Shown here one piece after another: positions 49,336 through 58,187 of a stretch of DNA of 64,000 bases. The position numbers and the translations under genes were made by a program. The notes beneath the pieces are model-generated. The model did not search any database. It saw only the letters and a program-made list of their open reading frames with translations, and was not told the DNA's origin. Positions within the stretch are counted from its first letter, which is position 1; each line of letters begins with the position of its first letter. Origin of the DNA: Abditibacterium sp. Lineage in GTDB: Bacteria; Armatimonadota; Abditibacteriia; Abditibacteriales; Abditibacteriaceae. The stretch is from NCBI GenBank assembly GCA_965199495.1, contig CBDASK010000003.1, positions 4,448,001 to 4,512,000 on the forward strand, in the 5' to 3' direction.

Positions 49336-50202
49336 CTATTTTACCGGGCCGCGCTGTGGCAATGGTAGGACGTGAAAACCGGATGACGGTTCGCCCGGCT
49401 TGCCGGGAACGGGCAACGGCATATTGTAGAACGGCTGACCGTTGAACTCGCGTTTTTCCCCGTTGGGCAACGGCTGAAGGCGCCCGAAGTTTTTCGGCCA
49501 GGTAAAATCGGGGGCGATACGTGGCAATGTCCGATCTCGCTCCGACAAAAAAGGGACGCCATCGAACGGAGGCGGAACAACGCGTAAATCTTTGGAAGGC
49601 GGCAGCAAATCGAAGCGCTGCCAGGTGCCATCGGGCATTTGAAAATAATTTGTCGGGCCGTTGGTCACAATGGGTTTAGCGGCGAAGAAATAGGTGCCCG
49701 CCGCCGATTTCCATTTTTCAATCGCTTCGCCACGAATCAGCGCCTCGCTCACATCATCGAACGCGTCGTCTTTGACGGCGTTGAAAATAAACGAACGCGT
49801 TGTGGCCGGAAGAAATTTAATTTCGGGATCGATGACGATGCGAACGCCCAAAACTTTGGCGAGTTGGCGCAACGCCTGACCAGTGTCTTGCCGCACGATT
49901 TCGATGGCGAAATTTGACTTCGACGTTTTCAGCCGCGTGCCCGCCGGTTGGTTCTGATCGAAATGGGGAAAAGATTCGCTGGCATCGGGAAACAATCCCA
50001 ACTGAATTCTATCCTTCTTGTCCACCTGAACGCTCCCGCCATCGCGTCGAGGCGCGAACGCGTCAGGCGCGCGCAGTAGCGGCCCAAAATCAGGGGCGTT
50101 CTTTAGTTGAACGCCGTAATCGTCATCGGCAACGAACTGAGCATTGGCCGTGGCTGCCAATGCAGCCACGGCGGCAAGGGCGATTAAAATTGGGGTTTTC
50201 AT
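49336..50202 (-). CDS. Secreted hypothetical protein, tandem paralog 3
   Basis: MKTPILIALAAVAALAATANAQ signal; IDP, GTYFF and KREFNG.PFY motifs shared with neighbours. Confidence 0.8.
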   Translation of the reverse strand: MKTPILIALAAVAALAATANAQFVADDDYGVQLKNAPDFGPLLRAPDAFAPRRDGGSVQVDKKDRIQLGLFPDASESFPHFDQNQPAGTRLKTSKSNFAIEIVRQDTGQALRQLAKVLGVRIVIDPEIKFLPATTRSFIFNAVKDDAFDDVSEALIRGEAIEKWKSAAGTYFFAAKPIVTNGPTNYFQMPDGTWQRFDLLPPSKDLRVVPPPFDGVPFLSERDRTLPRIAPDFTWPKNFGRLQPLPNGEKREFNGQPFYNMPLPVPGKPGEPSSGFHVLPLPQRGPVK

Positions 50203-50210
50203 GTCTTTGG

Positions 50211-50990
50211 TTATTTGGCCAAATCCGATTGAGGCAAACCGGGGATATAATAAAATTCGTGTCCGTTGAACTCGCGCTTTTGCCAGTTCGGTTGCGGCTC
50301 GACGGACCGACCAAAATAATCCTTTGGGTTTAAACCTCCGTTGGGATAAACAAACGGATCATAGCGCGGATCGTTGAGCAACTTTTCGCGTTCAAGTTGA
50401 TACTTCTTTCCTTGTTCGTCCAAATCTTGCATTAGCTTCTCAATCGCGCGATTGGGCACCGCCGCAAAAAAGTATGTGCCCGCCGACGATTTCCACATTT
50501 CAGCGCCGCCGATTTTCAACAAATCTTCCCAAGTCGCGGCGCGCACAACTGCGAGACTATAACGCGAGTTCTTCAATACCGGATCAATTACGGCATTTAT
50601 GCCCATAACCGACGTTATGGTAGCCAAAACATCAAACGTACTTTGGCGTACAATCTCAGCTTGAAAAATCTCGCCGCGATAGGTTTGCAAAACCCGAATT
50701 TTGGTGCCAGCCGCTTGAGCCGTATTGAGCTTTGGATAAGCGGGCAACTTTGGATCAAACATCAACTGAACGTCTAAAGGCAGTTTGTCAAGCGGAATCG
50801 GTAATTCACCTGTCCATTGCGGCGGCACGAACTCTTCACCATTCAACTGAATCGGTGCGTGGAATAATGGGCCAATATTAGGAATATCTCGCAACGGAAC
50901 ACCGTCGTTGTTATTCGGAACTGTTTGCGCGTTCGCCGTGGCTGCCAGAGCAGCCACGGCGCCAAGGGCGAAGAGAATTTGGGTTTTCAT
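50211..50990 (-). CDS. Secreted hypothetical protein, tandem paralog 2
   Basis: Same signal peptide; C-terminus PQPNWQKREFNGHEFYYIP. Confidence 0.8.
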   Translation of the reverse strand: MKTQILFALGAVAALAATANAQTVPNNNDGVPLRDIPNIGPLFHAPIQLNGEEFVPPQWTGELPIPLDKLPLDVQLMFDPKLPAYPKLNTAQAAGTKIRVLQTYRGEIFQAEIVRQSTFDVLATITSVMGINAVIDPVLKNSRYSLAVVRAATWEDLLKIGGAEMWKSSAGTYFFAAVPNRAIEKLMQDLDEQGKKYQLEREKLLNDPRYDPFVYPNGGLNPKDYFGRSVEPQPNWQKREFNGHEFYYIPGLPQSDLAK

Positions 50991-51009
50991 GTTGTTGTTT
51001 TTCCTTGAT

Positions 51010-51738
51010 TTATTTGGCCGATTTCGGTTGAGGCAGATTGGGAATATAATAAAATTCGTGGCCGTTAAACTCGCGTTTTTCCCAGTGCGGTTGCGGTTCT
51101 ATCGGTCTTCCCATCCGATCTCTGGGATTTAACCCACCGCGCGGAATTACAAACGGGTCGAAATTTGGGTCTTGTCGCAGTTTTTTTTGTTCAGTGGCGT
51201 AATCGTTAGGTTGTGAACTGTAATTGGATGGAATTTTGAGGTTCAAACCAGTGGGTTTGTCACCGAAAAAATAAGTGCCCGACGGTGATTTCACCATCTC
51301 GACTCCAAAGTTGAACGAAGCCAATAATTCGTCCCAACTCAAACCCCGGAAAACTTGTGTGATAGTGAGTTCCTTTTCGAGTTTTGGATCAATAACAGCG
51401 CGCACGCCCATGACATCGGTAATCTTTTTTAAAATAGCCGCCCGACTTTGTTCGTTGGCTTCGAGCTGAAGAATGTCGCCCTTCAGGCTTTTCAACACGC
51501 TCAATTTTAATTTGTCATTGTTGGCGAATCTACGTTTGGGAACTGGCGGCATTTCAGAACCGAAAAGAGGATTTTGTTCAGAGTGCCCAATCTCAATTGA
51601 AAGGCGAAACGATTCGCCGATGTTGGGAATATCTTTCAATTGAACATTGCCGTTTTTGCTGTCGGCAGTTTGCGCATTTGCCGCGCCCGCCAATGCAGCC
51701 ACGGCGCCCAGGGCGATTAAAATTTGAATTTTCATCAT
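51010..51738 (-). CDS. Secreted hypothetical protein, tandem paralog 1
   Basis: Same signal peptide; C-terminus PQPHWEKREFNGHEFYYIP. Confidence 0.8.
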   Translation of the reverse strand: MMKIQILIALGAVAALAGAANAQTADSKNGNVQLKDIPNIGESFRLSIEIGHSEQNPLFGSEMPPVPKRRFANNDKLKLSVLKSLKGDILQLEANEQSRAAILKKITDVMGVRAVIDPKLEKELTITQVFRGLSWDELLASFNFGVEMVKSPSGTYFFGDKPTGLNLKIPSNYSSQPNDYATEQKKLRQDPNFDPFVIPRGGLNPRDRMGRPIEPQPHWEKREFNGHEFYYIPNLPQPKSAK

Positions 51739-51827
51739 AATTTTTCTTATGCAATTATAACGAAATCAAACCAAAAATCAAGGGCGGCGCCGCACGGGTT
51801 TCAATGCGTTTAAACTTGGCACTTCAA

Positions 51828-53423
51828 ATGGCCGAACCTACCGAAAACGAAATCATCGCCGGACGCCGCGCGCGTCTGGAACAATTGCAAGCCGATGGGC
51901 GCGATCCGTTCGCGCAAACTCGCTTCGAGCGCACGCATTTGGCGGGCGAAATTCACTCGAATTATCCCGAACTCGACGGGCACGACGTGCGCGTGGCTGG
52001 TCGCATCAAGACCAAACGCGGACAAGGCAAAATCTCGTTCGCCGATTTATATGACCCAACCGGCAAAATTCAGGTCGTCGCGCAAATTGATAAATTGGGG
52101 GACGAGAAAATGACCGAATGGCTCAGTTTGGAATTAGGCGATATCGTCGGCATTAGCGGTCAGGTTTTCCAGACCAGACGCGGCGAAACCTCGGTGGCGG
52201 TTTTGGATTTCACATTGCTCGCGACGGCGATTCAGCCGATGCCGGATAAATATCACGGCTTGCAAGATGTCGAACTGCGTTATCGCCAGCGTTACGCGGA
52301 TTTAATCGCCAACGACGAAGTCGTCGAATTGTTCCAAAAGCGCAGCGCCATCGTGCGCGAAATGCGGCGGTTTTTGGACGAGCGCCATTTCATGGAAGTC
52401 GAAACGCCGATGATGCAAGCCATCGCGGGCGGCGCTTCGGCGCGCCCATTTGTGACGCATCACAACGCGCTCGATATGCCGCTTTACCTGCGCATCGCGC
52501 CCGAATTGTATCTCAAGCGTTTGGTCGTCGGCGGGTTGGAGCGCGTTTATGAAATCAATCGCAACTTCCGCAACGAAGGCATCGACACCACGCACAACCC
52601 CGAATTTACTATGATGGAGTGTTATCAGGCGTTCGCCGATTATCACGACATGATGGATTTGACCGAAGCGATGATTAAGCACATCGCGGGCGAGGTCAAC
52701 GGCACAACCGTTATTAATTACGACGACCACGAAATTGATCTGAGCCAAACATGGAAGCGCGCTTCCATGCAGGAATTGGTGCGCGAGAAAATCGGTTTGG
52801 ATTTGAGCGGTTACGCGCTGATTGAGGCGTTCGAGGAACACGTCGAAGGCGAGTTAATCGAGCCGACGTTTGTGATGGATTTTCCGGTGGAAAATTCGCC
52901 ACTCGCCAAGAAAAAAGCCGACGACGAACGGTTTACTTATCGCTTCGAGTTGTTCATCGGCGGCGCCGAAATCGGCAACGCGTTTTCGGAATTGAACGAC
53001 CCGCTCGATCAGGCCGAACGCTTCAAGGCACAGATGAAGGCCAAGGCCAAAGGCGACGAAGAAGCGCAGAGTTATGATACGGATTATCTGCGCGCGCTGC
53101 AATATGGATTGGCGCCATCGGGCGGATTGGGCATCGGCATTGACCGTTTGACGATGCTGCTCACGGGGCAAAACTCGATTCGCGAAGTGATTCTGTTTCC
53201 CTTGCTCAAGCCCGAAATGAACACTGTGGATTCGAGCGCGATTGAAGCCGAATCTTACAACAAGAAAAGAGAGATTCTCACCATCAAATGGAAAAGTGGG
53301 CCGATTTACGCGTATTATGGCGTTGGCCCGAAGGTTTATCGCGAGTTCGAGCAAGCCGAATCGCGCGGCGCGTTTTTGAATGGCGAAATCAAAGGAAAGT
53401 TTGAGGAAGAGAAATTGTTTTGA
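51828..53423 (+). CDS. lysS: Lysine--tRNA ligase (class II) with C-terminal KTSC domain
   Basis: [41 protein letters not shown]; tail VDSSAI...Y...L.I....G.IY.Y.GV....Y......SRG.F.N..IKG. Confidence 0.95.
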   Translation: MAEPTENEIIAGRRARLEQLQADGRDPFAQTRFERTHLAGEIHSNYPELDGHDVRVAGRIKTKRGQGKISFADLYDPTGKIQVVAQIDKLGDEKMTEWLSLELGDIVGISGQVFQTRRGETSVAVLDFTLLATAIQPMPDKYHGLQDVELRYRQRYADLIANDEVVELFQKRSAIVREMRRFLDERHFMEVETPMMQAIAGGASARPFVTHHNALDMPLYLRIAPELYLKRLVVGGLERVYEINRNFRNEGIDTTHNPEFTMMECYQAFADYHDMMDLTEAMIKHIAGEVNGTTVINYDDHEIDLSQTWKRASMQELVREKIGLDLSGYALIEAFEEHVEGELIEPTFVMDFPVENSPLAKKKADDERFTYRFELFIGGAEIGNAFSELNDPLDQAERFKAQMKAKAKGDEEAQSYDTDYLRALQYGLAPSGGLGIGIDRLTMLLTGQNSIREVILFPLLKPEMNTVDSSAIEAESYNKKREILTIKWKSGPIYAYYGVGPKVYREFEQAESRGAFLNGEIKGKFEEEKLF

Positions 53424-53429
53424 TCGTTT

Positions 53430-53537
53430 TTCATCGGTGGAGACGCCGATTTATCGCGCCTAAAACGTCGAACTGGCTTCAACCAATTGGCACGCGATAC
53501 ATTTTAGACGCGATAAATCGGCGTCTCTACGGATGAA
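53430..53537. repeat. GTAG-type REP doublet downstream of lysS
   Basis: GGAGACGCCGATTTATCGCG...CGCGATAAATCGGCGTCTCTAC; spacer start CGTCGAACTGGCTTCAA is identical to the 45181 copy. Confidence 0.9.
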
Positions 53538-53652
53538 CTAATTCAACAAAAAGGCGCGACCTCTTTGCAGGGCTTCACTCTAAAAATTGGGGCGTTGCCT
53601 TATAATATGCTGTGCCCTTTTCCGCGCCTCGAAAAATGGGCCGTTTACGCTG

Positions 53653-55875
53653 ATGGCTTCCACTCACTCAACTCAAACTCCGAATCAAGAACCGCTTGAT
53701 TCTCCCACCAACGCGCTGAACGCTTCAACTACGGGCGCGCCCGCAATCGCGTTCGATACGTCGGCGGATTATAGTATGCCGCCGTCCAAATTAGATCAAT
53801 GGAGCGCCTCAAAATGGCGGCCTATTGCCGCTTTTGGCGGCGCGCTTTTGATCGGCGGCATTCTGCTGCCGCTCACCATTCAGCGCGGCGACAGCACGGT
53901 TGCGCCCCAAGTCGTTTCGAGTTGGGAACTGTCGCTACCCGCTTCCTCGACGATGGTGACGCAACTTTCGGTGGCGCCGGGCAAGCCGATTCGCGGCCAG
54001 GTCGCGCCCGTGGCTGATATCACCGGCAAAGCGCCCGTCAGCGGCGCGGTCGCGCGCTGGGCGGTGCAACCCGGAACTTCGGTGCAGGCCGGTCAAAACG
54101 TGGTGCAGATTTCGAGCGGCGCGGCCTCGGCGGCGCCCTTGCCCGGCGAATCTCAACAAATCGAGGCCGAGCAACAACAGACCGCCGCCGCCGACGATCA
54201 GTTGGCGCTCTCTAAACGCCTGACGACGACGCAACAGAAATTGGCCGACGCGCAGGCGCGCGTCGAACGGGCGCAGGAAAACATCGGCAAAACGCGCGCG
54301 CTCATCGCCAAACTGCGCGCGGGCGGCGCGGCGCCCGCCGATGTGCCGCCGCCAGCGCCGCGCCGCCAAACCGCCAAAGTCAATTCAAATGTCGCGACAG
54401 CCAAGGCGGCAACCAAAGACGCTCAGGCGAGTTTCGACGGCATCAAGGCGCAACTCGACAGCGCGCGCGCCGACGTGAGCGCATCGCAAAAGTCGCTGGC
54501 ACCGCTCCAATCGCGGTTGGACGACGCGCAGAAAAACGTGGCTACAATCGAGGGGAAATGGGACGGCAGTCTGGCGAGTGCCTCGGACGTGCAGGCCGCG
54601 CGTTCGGCGCGCGACAACGCCAAAAGCACGCTCAAAAGCGCGACGACGCGTTTGGAAACGGCACAAAAACAGATTCCCGCTCTGGAAAAACAGTTGGCCA
54701 CGCGCGAGCGCGCCGTTGACGACGCGCGCCGCGCCGAGCGCGCCATTATCGCCAGCGTGCCCGCCGAAACGCCCGAAGACGCGCCCGTTTCACGCGCTGG
54801 GGGCACCGGAGAGGGCGCGATGTCGGTCGAAGCCGCCGCCAAACTGGTGCAGGACGCGCTGGACGAAAGCCGCGCCGCCACGCGCGAGGCGGATCGTCTG
54901 CGCGCGCAGGTGGATTTGTATCAGGCGCAGGCGCAGAAATCGAACCAGCGCATCACGAGCGCGACGCAGGAATTGCAAACCGCGCAACAGGATTCGCAAG
55001 CCCAAATGGTTCAACGCGTGCCGCGCGTGCGTTTCACCGCCGCCCGTGCCCCCGCCAACGGCGTTGTCGTCTGGATCGCCAGCTTGGCTCGCGAAGTTGG
55101 CGCCGGACAATCGGTCTTTGGAATGTCGAGCGGCAAGACCTATCGGGCGCGCTTTGAAGACCGCACCGGCGGCTGGAAAAACGCGCGCGTCGGCCAAGTC
55201 GTCAACGCTTTGTTGGCGCCGCCCGCGCCCGTCGTGCCAACCGTGACGGCGCCGCTCGCCAAAGCACCCTCGGCCAACGCCGCCGGTTCGCCACCGATGC
55301 CAGTTTTGGTTTCGCCCGCGCCCGCAACGGCTGCGCCCCCAACAGCAGCCACGCCGACGCCCGAATTGAGCGGTGCCAACGCGGCGGAGCAAGGCGCGAC
55401 GCCGGTGAAGGTGCGATTGACGCGTATCGCGCCACCCGAAAAACCCGGCGACCCGGCGATTTTGGAAGGCGAGTTAGTCGGCGACAACAAATCCGCCGGG
55501 CCAGATTTTCGTTTGTTGGCCTCGCTTCCAAACGTCGGCGCGCCCACTATTTTGACCGTGCCCGATTCGGCCTTGGTGCAGCGCGATGGCGTGTGGATGG
55601 TCGCGGTTATCGAAGCGGGCGCGGGCGACAAAACCGAGCCACAAACCGAAGTCACGCCCGCGCCCGATAAACCCATTGAAGCTGCGACACCCGAAGCCGC
55701 CGGGGGAACCTTGGAGTGGCGCACCGTGCAGGTCGGCGAGAGTGACGGCATCGCGCGCCGCGTCAACGGCGGCTTGAAAGCGGGCGAGCGCATCGTCACC
55801 GATCCGCTTCCCCTGCTCGCACAGGCGCCGCCCGAATCGAAAGCGATGCCCCACGTCAAATTGGCGCTGAGCTAA
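53653..55875 (+). CDS. Membrane-anchored long coiled-coil protein resembling an HlyD/RND membrane fusion protein
   Basis: Single TM, APVSGAV..W.V.PG..V.AGQ lipoyl half-motif, long coiled coil, VPDSAL, GLKAGERIVT. Confidence 0.65.
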   Translation: MASTHSTQTPNQEPLDSPTNALNASTTGAPAIAFDTSADYSMPPSKLDQWSASKWRPIAAFGGALLIGGILLPLTIQRGDSTVAPQVVSSWELSLPASSTMVTQLSVAPGKPIRGQVAPVADITGKAPVSGAVARWAVQPGTSVQAGQNVVQISSGAASAAPLPGESQQIEAEQQQTAAADDQLALSKRLTTTQQKLADAQARVERAQENIGKTRALIAKLRAGGAAPADVPPPAPRRQTAKVNSNVATAKAATKDAQASFDGIKAQLDSARADVSASQKSLAPLQSRLDDAQKNVATIEGKWDGSLASASDVQAARSARDNAKSTLKSATTRLETAQKQIPALEKQLATRERAVDDARRAERAIIASVPAETPEDAPVSRAGGTGEGAMSVEAAAKLVQDALDESRAATREADRLRAQVDLYQAQAQKSNQRITSATQELQTAQQDSQAQMVQRVPRVRFTAARAPANGVVVWIASLAREVGAGQSVFGMSSGKTYRARFEDRTGGWKNARVGQVVNALLAPPAPVVPTVTAPLAKAPSANAAGSPPMPVLVSPAPATAAPPTAATPTPELSGANAAEQGATPVKVRLTRIAPPEKPGDPAILEGELVGDNKSAGPDFRLLASLPNVGAPTILTVPDSALVQRDGVWMVAVIEAGAGDKTEPQTEVTPAPDKPIEAATPEAAGGTLEWRTVQVGESDGIARRVNGGLKAGERIVTDPLPLLAQAPPESKAMPHVKLALS

Positions 55876-55878
55876 AAG

Positions 55879-55989
55879 AAAATTTAGAATTTCACGTAGA
55901 GCGCATTGAAATTATTGATCAATTGCTGAACCAATTTTAAGGTGTTTTTCTCTGCGGCCCCGCGCGCTCTGCGTGAAATTTTAAATTTT
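55879..55989. repeat. Imperfect inverted repeat (TTCACG.AGAG...CTCTGCGTGAA type)
   Basis: AAAATTTAGAATTTCACGTAGAGCGC ... GCGCTCTGCGTGAAATTTTAAATTTT. Confidence 0.65.
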
Positions 55990-56135
55990 TCGCGTTTAAT
56001 CCAAAGATTCGATAAACCTCAAATAAAACCGCTTGCCGACGATGCACAAGTGAGCGAAACTGCCAGCCATCTCAGCCATCCAAAAGGGGAAGCAACCTCT
56101 TTAAATCTTCGTTCGTTGAAAGCATCAATTCCGTC

Positions 56136-57272
56136 ATGTCCGCTCCCAAACCTCTGCTCGTCCTGTTAGTTCCCGCATTTTTGGCCGTGCCCTGCGCGCT
56201 TGTCACCTCGGCCAGCGCACAGGAAAAAACCGCGCCCGCCACTTCTACCGATGCCTCGCTGACCAAAACGGCGAGTCCCGCCACGACAATCGCGCCGCGC
56301 CAGAGTTTGCCCGCGTTTACTTCGGTCAAATTGAGCGTTGCGCCGGTTTTGGCCACGCCAACGACGGCGCGACAAACCCTATTGACGCCGCCTGTGGCTG
56401 TGAAAACGAGCGCGATTAAAGAAGCGGCGTTGCCCGCGCCAGCGCTCAAAGTGCCGGTGGCTGCATGGAGCGCCGCCGAACGCGCGCAATTGGTCACATC
56501 CACGTTAGCTTCGGCAACGCCGCCAATCGTGAAGCAGCGCCGCGCTTTTGCCGCCGCCGTTTCGCTTTCGACTTCGCCAGACACGCCCGTAAAGCTGGCC
56601 CCACAAGTTTCGGTCGCGCCCGAAACAACAGTTGCGGCTCCCGTCAGCGTTTCGGTTATGGCGCCTTTGACGGCGCCCGTGACAGCCCCAGTGGCTGCTG
56701 TGGCGCGGCCCTCGATTTTGGCGTCGCGTGAAGCCCGTGCGCGCGAAGTCGCGCTCGCTCGCATGGACGCCCAACTCGCCGGAGCCGAAGGCCGTCTGGA
56801 TCGCGCGCAATCAAGATTGACCGAGGGCCAGCGCCAACTGGGCAACGTCAGCAACCTGCTGCAAAGCGCGATGCTTTCTTCGGGCGGTAGCGGTCTGCAT
56901 CCGTTCGTGCGCGTAGCGCAGCGTTATCTGGGCACGCCCTATGTTTGGGGCGGCGAGTCGGCGCGCGGCTTCGATTGTTCGGGTTTCATCATGCGCGTGA
57001 TGCGCGATCTGGGCTATAAAGCCCTGCCGCACTCCGCCGCCGAGCAATTCAACTATGGCCAGCCGATTTCCAAAGGCTTGCTCCAGCCCGGCGACATCGT
57101 GTTTTTCGCCAACACCTATAAACCCGGCATCTCGCACGTCGGCATTTATCTGGGCGGCGGACGCTTTATTCACGCCGCCAACTCGCAGGTCGGCACCATC
57201 GAATCGAACCTCAACTCGCCCAAATGGGTCGCGCATTACGCGGGCGCGCGCCGCTTGATGAAAATGAGTTAA
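56136..57272 (+). CDS. NlpC/P60 (C40) cell-wall peptidase
   Basis: YLGTPYVWGG...FDCSGF, PGDIVFF, HVGIY, FIHA. Confidence 0.92.
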   Translation: MSAPKPLLVLLVPAFLAVPCALVTSASAQEKTAPATSTDASLTKTASPATTIAPRQSLPAFTSVKLSVAPVLATPTTARQTLLTPPVAVKTSAIKEAALPAPALKVPVAAWSAAERAQLVTSTLASATPPIVKQRRAFAAAVSLSTSPDTPVKLAPQVSVAPETTVAAPVSVSVMAPLTAPVTAPVAAVARPSILASREARAREVALARMDAQLAGAEGRLDRAQSRLTEGQRQLGNVSNLLQSAMLSSGGSGLHPFVRVAQRYLGTPYVWGGESARGFDCSGFIMRVMRDLGYKALPHSAAEQFNYGQPISKGLLQPGDIVFFANTYKPGISHVGIYLGGGRFIHAANSQVGTIESNLNSPKWVAHYAGARRLMKMS

Positions 57273-57308
57273 AGGTCGTGGAGAGTTTGGGAAAGCGAAA
57301 ATTGGCCA

Positions 57309-57337
57309 TTGACTGTTTTTCTCGTCTTCTGTATCCT
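57309..57337 (+). promoter_or_regulatory. Sigma70-type promoter for the tRNA pair
   Basis: TTGACT-N17-TATCCT. Confidence 0.65.
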
Positions 57338-57351
57338 GTTTCCCGTTCCAT

Positions 57352-57424
57352 GCGGAAGTAGCTCAGTTGGTAGAGCATCAGCTTCCCAAGCTGAGGGTCG
57401 CGAGTTCGAGCCTCGTCTTCCGCT
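57352..57424 (+). tRNA. tRNA-Gly(CCC), CCA not encoded
   Basis: Canonical cloverleaf: GCGGAAG/CTTCCGC acceptor stem, anticodon loop TT-CCC-AA, TTCG in the T-loop. Confidence 0.95.
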
Positions 57425-57470
57425 TTTTGATAGGAATTGAAGCCCAAATTTCGATTTTTATCGCTCCCCT

Positions 57471-57541
57471 GCGGGAGTAGCTCAGTGTTAGAGCGCCCTT
57501 CGTCCAGAAGGGAAGCATTGGTTCGATTCCCGTCTCCCGCT
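57471..57541 (+). tRNA. Non-canonical tRNA-Gly(TCC)-like gene
   Basis: Perfect acceptor, D and anticodon stems; anticodon loop CG-TCC-AG; D-loop AGTGTTA lacks GG; T-stem ATTGG/CCCGT is mismatched. Confidence 0.8.
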
Positions 57542-57552
57542 TTTTAGAAATC

Positions 57553-57581
57553 AGCGCGCCGAAAATATCGGCGCGCTTTTT
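57553..57581 (+). terminator. Terminator of the tRNA pair
   Basis: AGCGCGCCGA-AAATA-TCGGCGCGCT-TTTT. Confidence 0.8.
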
Positions 57582-57641
57582 CTTCGTCTGGCTGCTCGAA
57601 AACCGGGAGAGATTTTCGCTTTTAAGCGTCGTTAGTTTCCA

Positions 57642-58070
57642 ATGCCCGCGCTCTCGCACGACCGTGACGCGATTTTCACGCGTCCGGTTGCCGTCCAACT
57701 AACTTACAACGACTTCCCCGATTTCTACGCGCTACTGGGCGCCGAACATGACGCGAGCGCCCTTGACATCGAGACCGCCATCGTCGAGCGCGGCGCCGAT
57801 CTGCTGGCCGCCAATTTTTCGCGGCGCGGCGGCAGCGAATTCATTCGGCTCATCGAACGCTACCTCAACGATTTTCGCCCAATTCTGCTCAACGCCGACA
57901 ACCGTCGCCGCTACGACGAACAGTTGGCGCGCCATCGCCATCGCGACGCCAACGCGTTGCCCTACTCCGATTGGCGCGCGCGTTTGCCCGCGCCCCAACC
58001 AGCCACGCCGCCCGCGCGTGGCTGGCGCGCGCGGCTGAGACGCGCATTTTTGGAAAGCGATTATCTTTAA
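57642..58070 (+). CDS. J-domain-like protein lacking HPD
   Basis: DFYALLG...AS..DIE.A and ILLNADNRRRYD resemble the first and last J-domain helices; start uncertain. Confidence 0.5.
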   Translation: MPALSHDRDAIFTRPVAVQLTYNDFPDFYALLGAEHDASALDIETAIVERGADLLAANFSRRGGSEFIRLIERYLNDFRPILLNADNRRRYDEQLARHRHRDANALPYSDWRARLPAPQPATPPARGWRARLRRAFLESDYL

Positions 58071-58183
58071 AGTGGCAAGTTTCAGGTGGCAAGTAACAAG
58101 TTGGTAAAAAGCCGCCACAAACGCATACTCTATTGGTTCTTTTTCGCTCCTGCCACCTGAAACCTGACACTTGACACCTGATA
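58071..58183. repeat. Inverted arrays of degenerate 7-bp tandem repeats (STRR-like)
   Basis: AGTGGCA AGTTTCA GGTGGCA AGTAACA ... TGCCACC TGAAACC TGACACT TGACACC. Confidence 0.75.
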
Positions 58184-58187
58184 AACT

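Noticed and set aside
56000..56135. Possible c-di-AMP or c-di-GMP riboswitch upstream of the NlpC/P60 gene
   Set aside because: I could not match the conserved motifs by eye; an Infernal/Rfam search would be needed.
57352..57600. Second tRNA-like sequence as an att-site duplication of an integrated element
   Set aside because: It is full length, differs from the first tRNA throughout including the 3' half, and no integrase is nearby.
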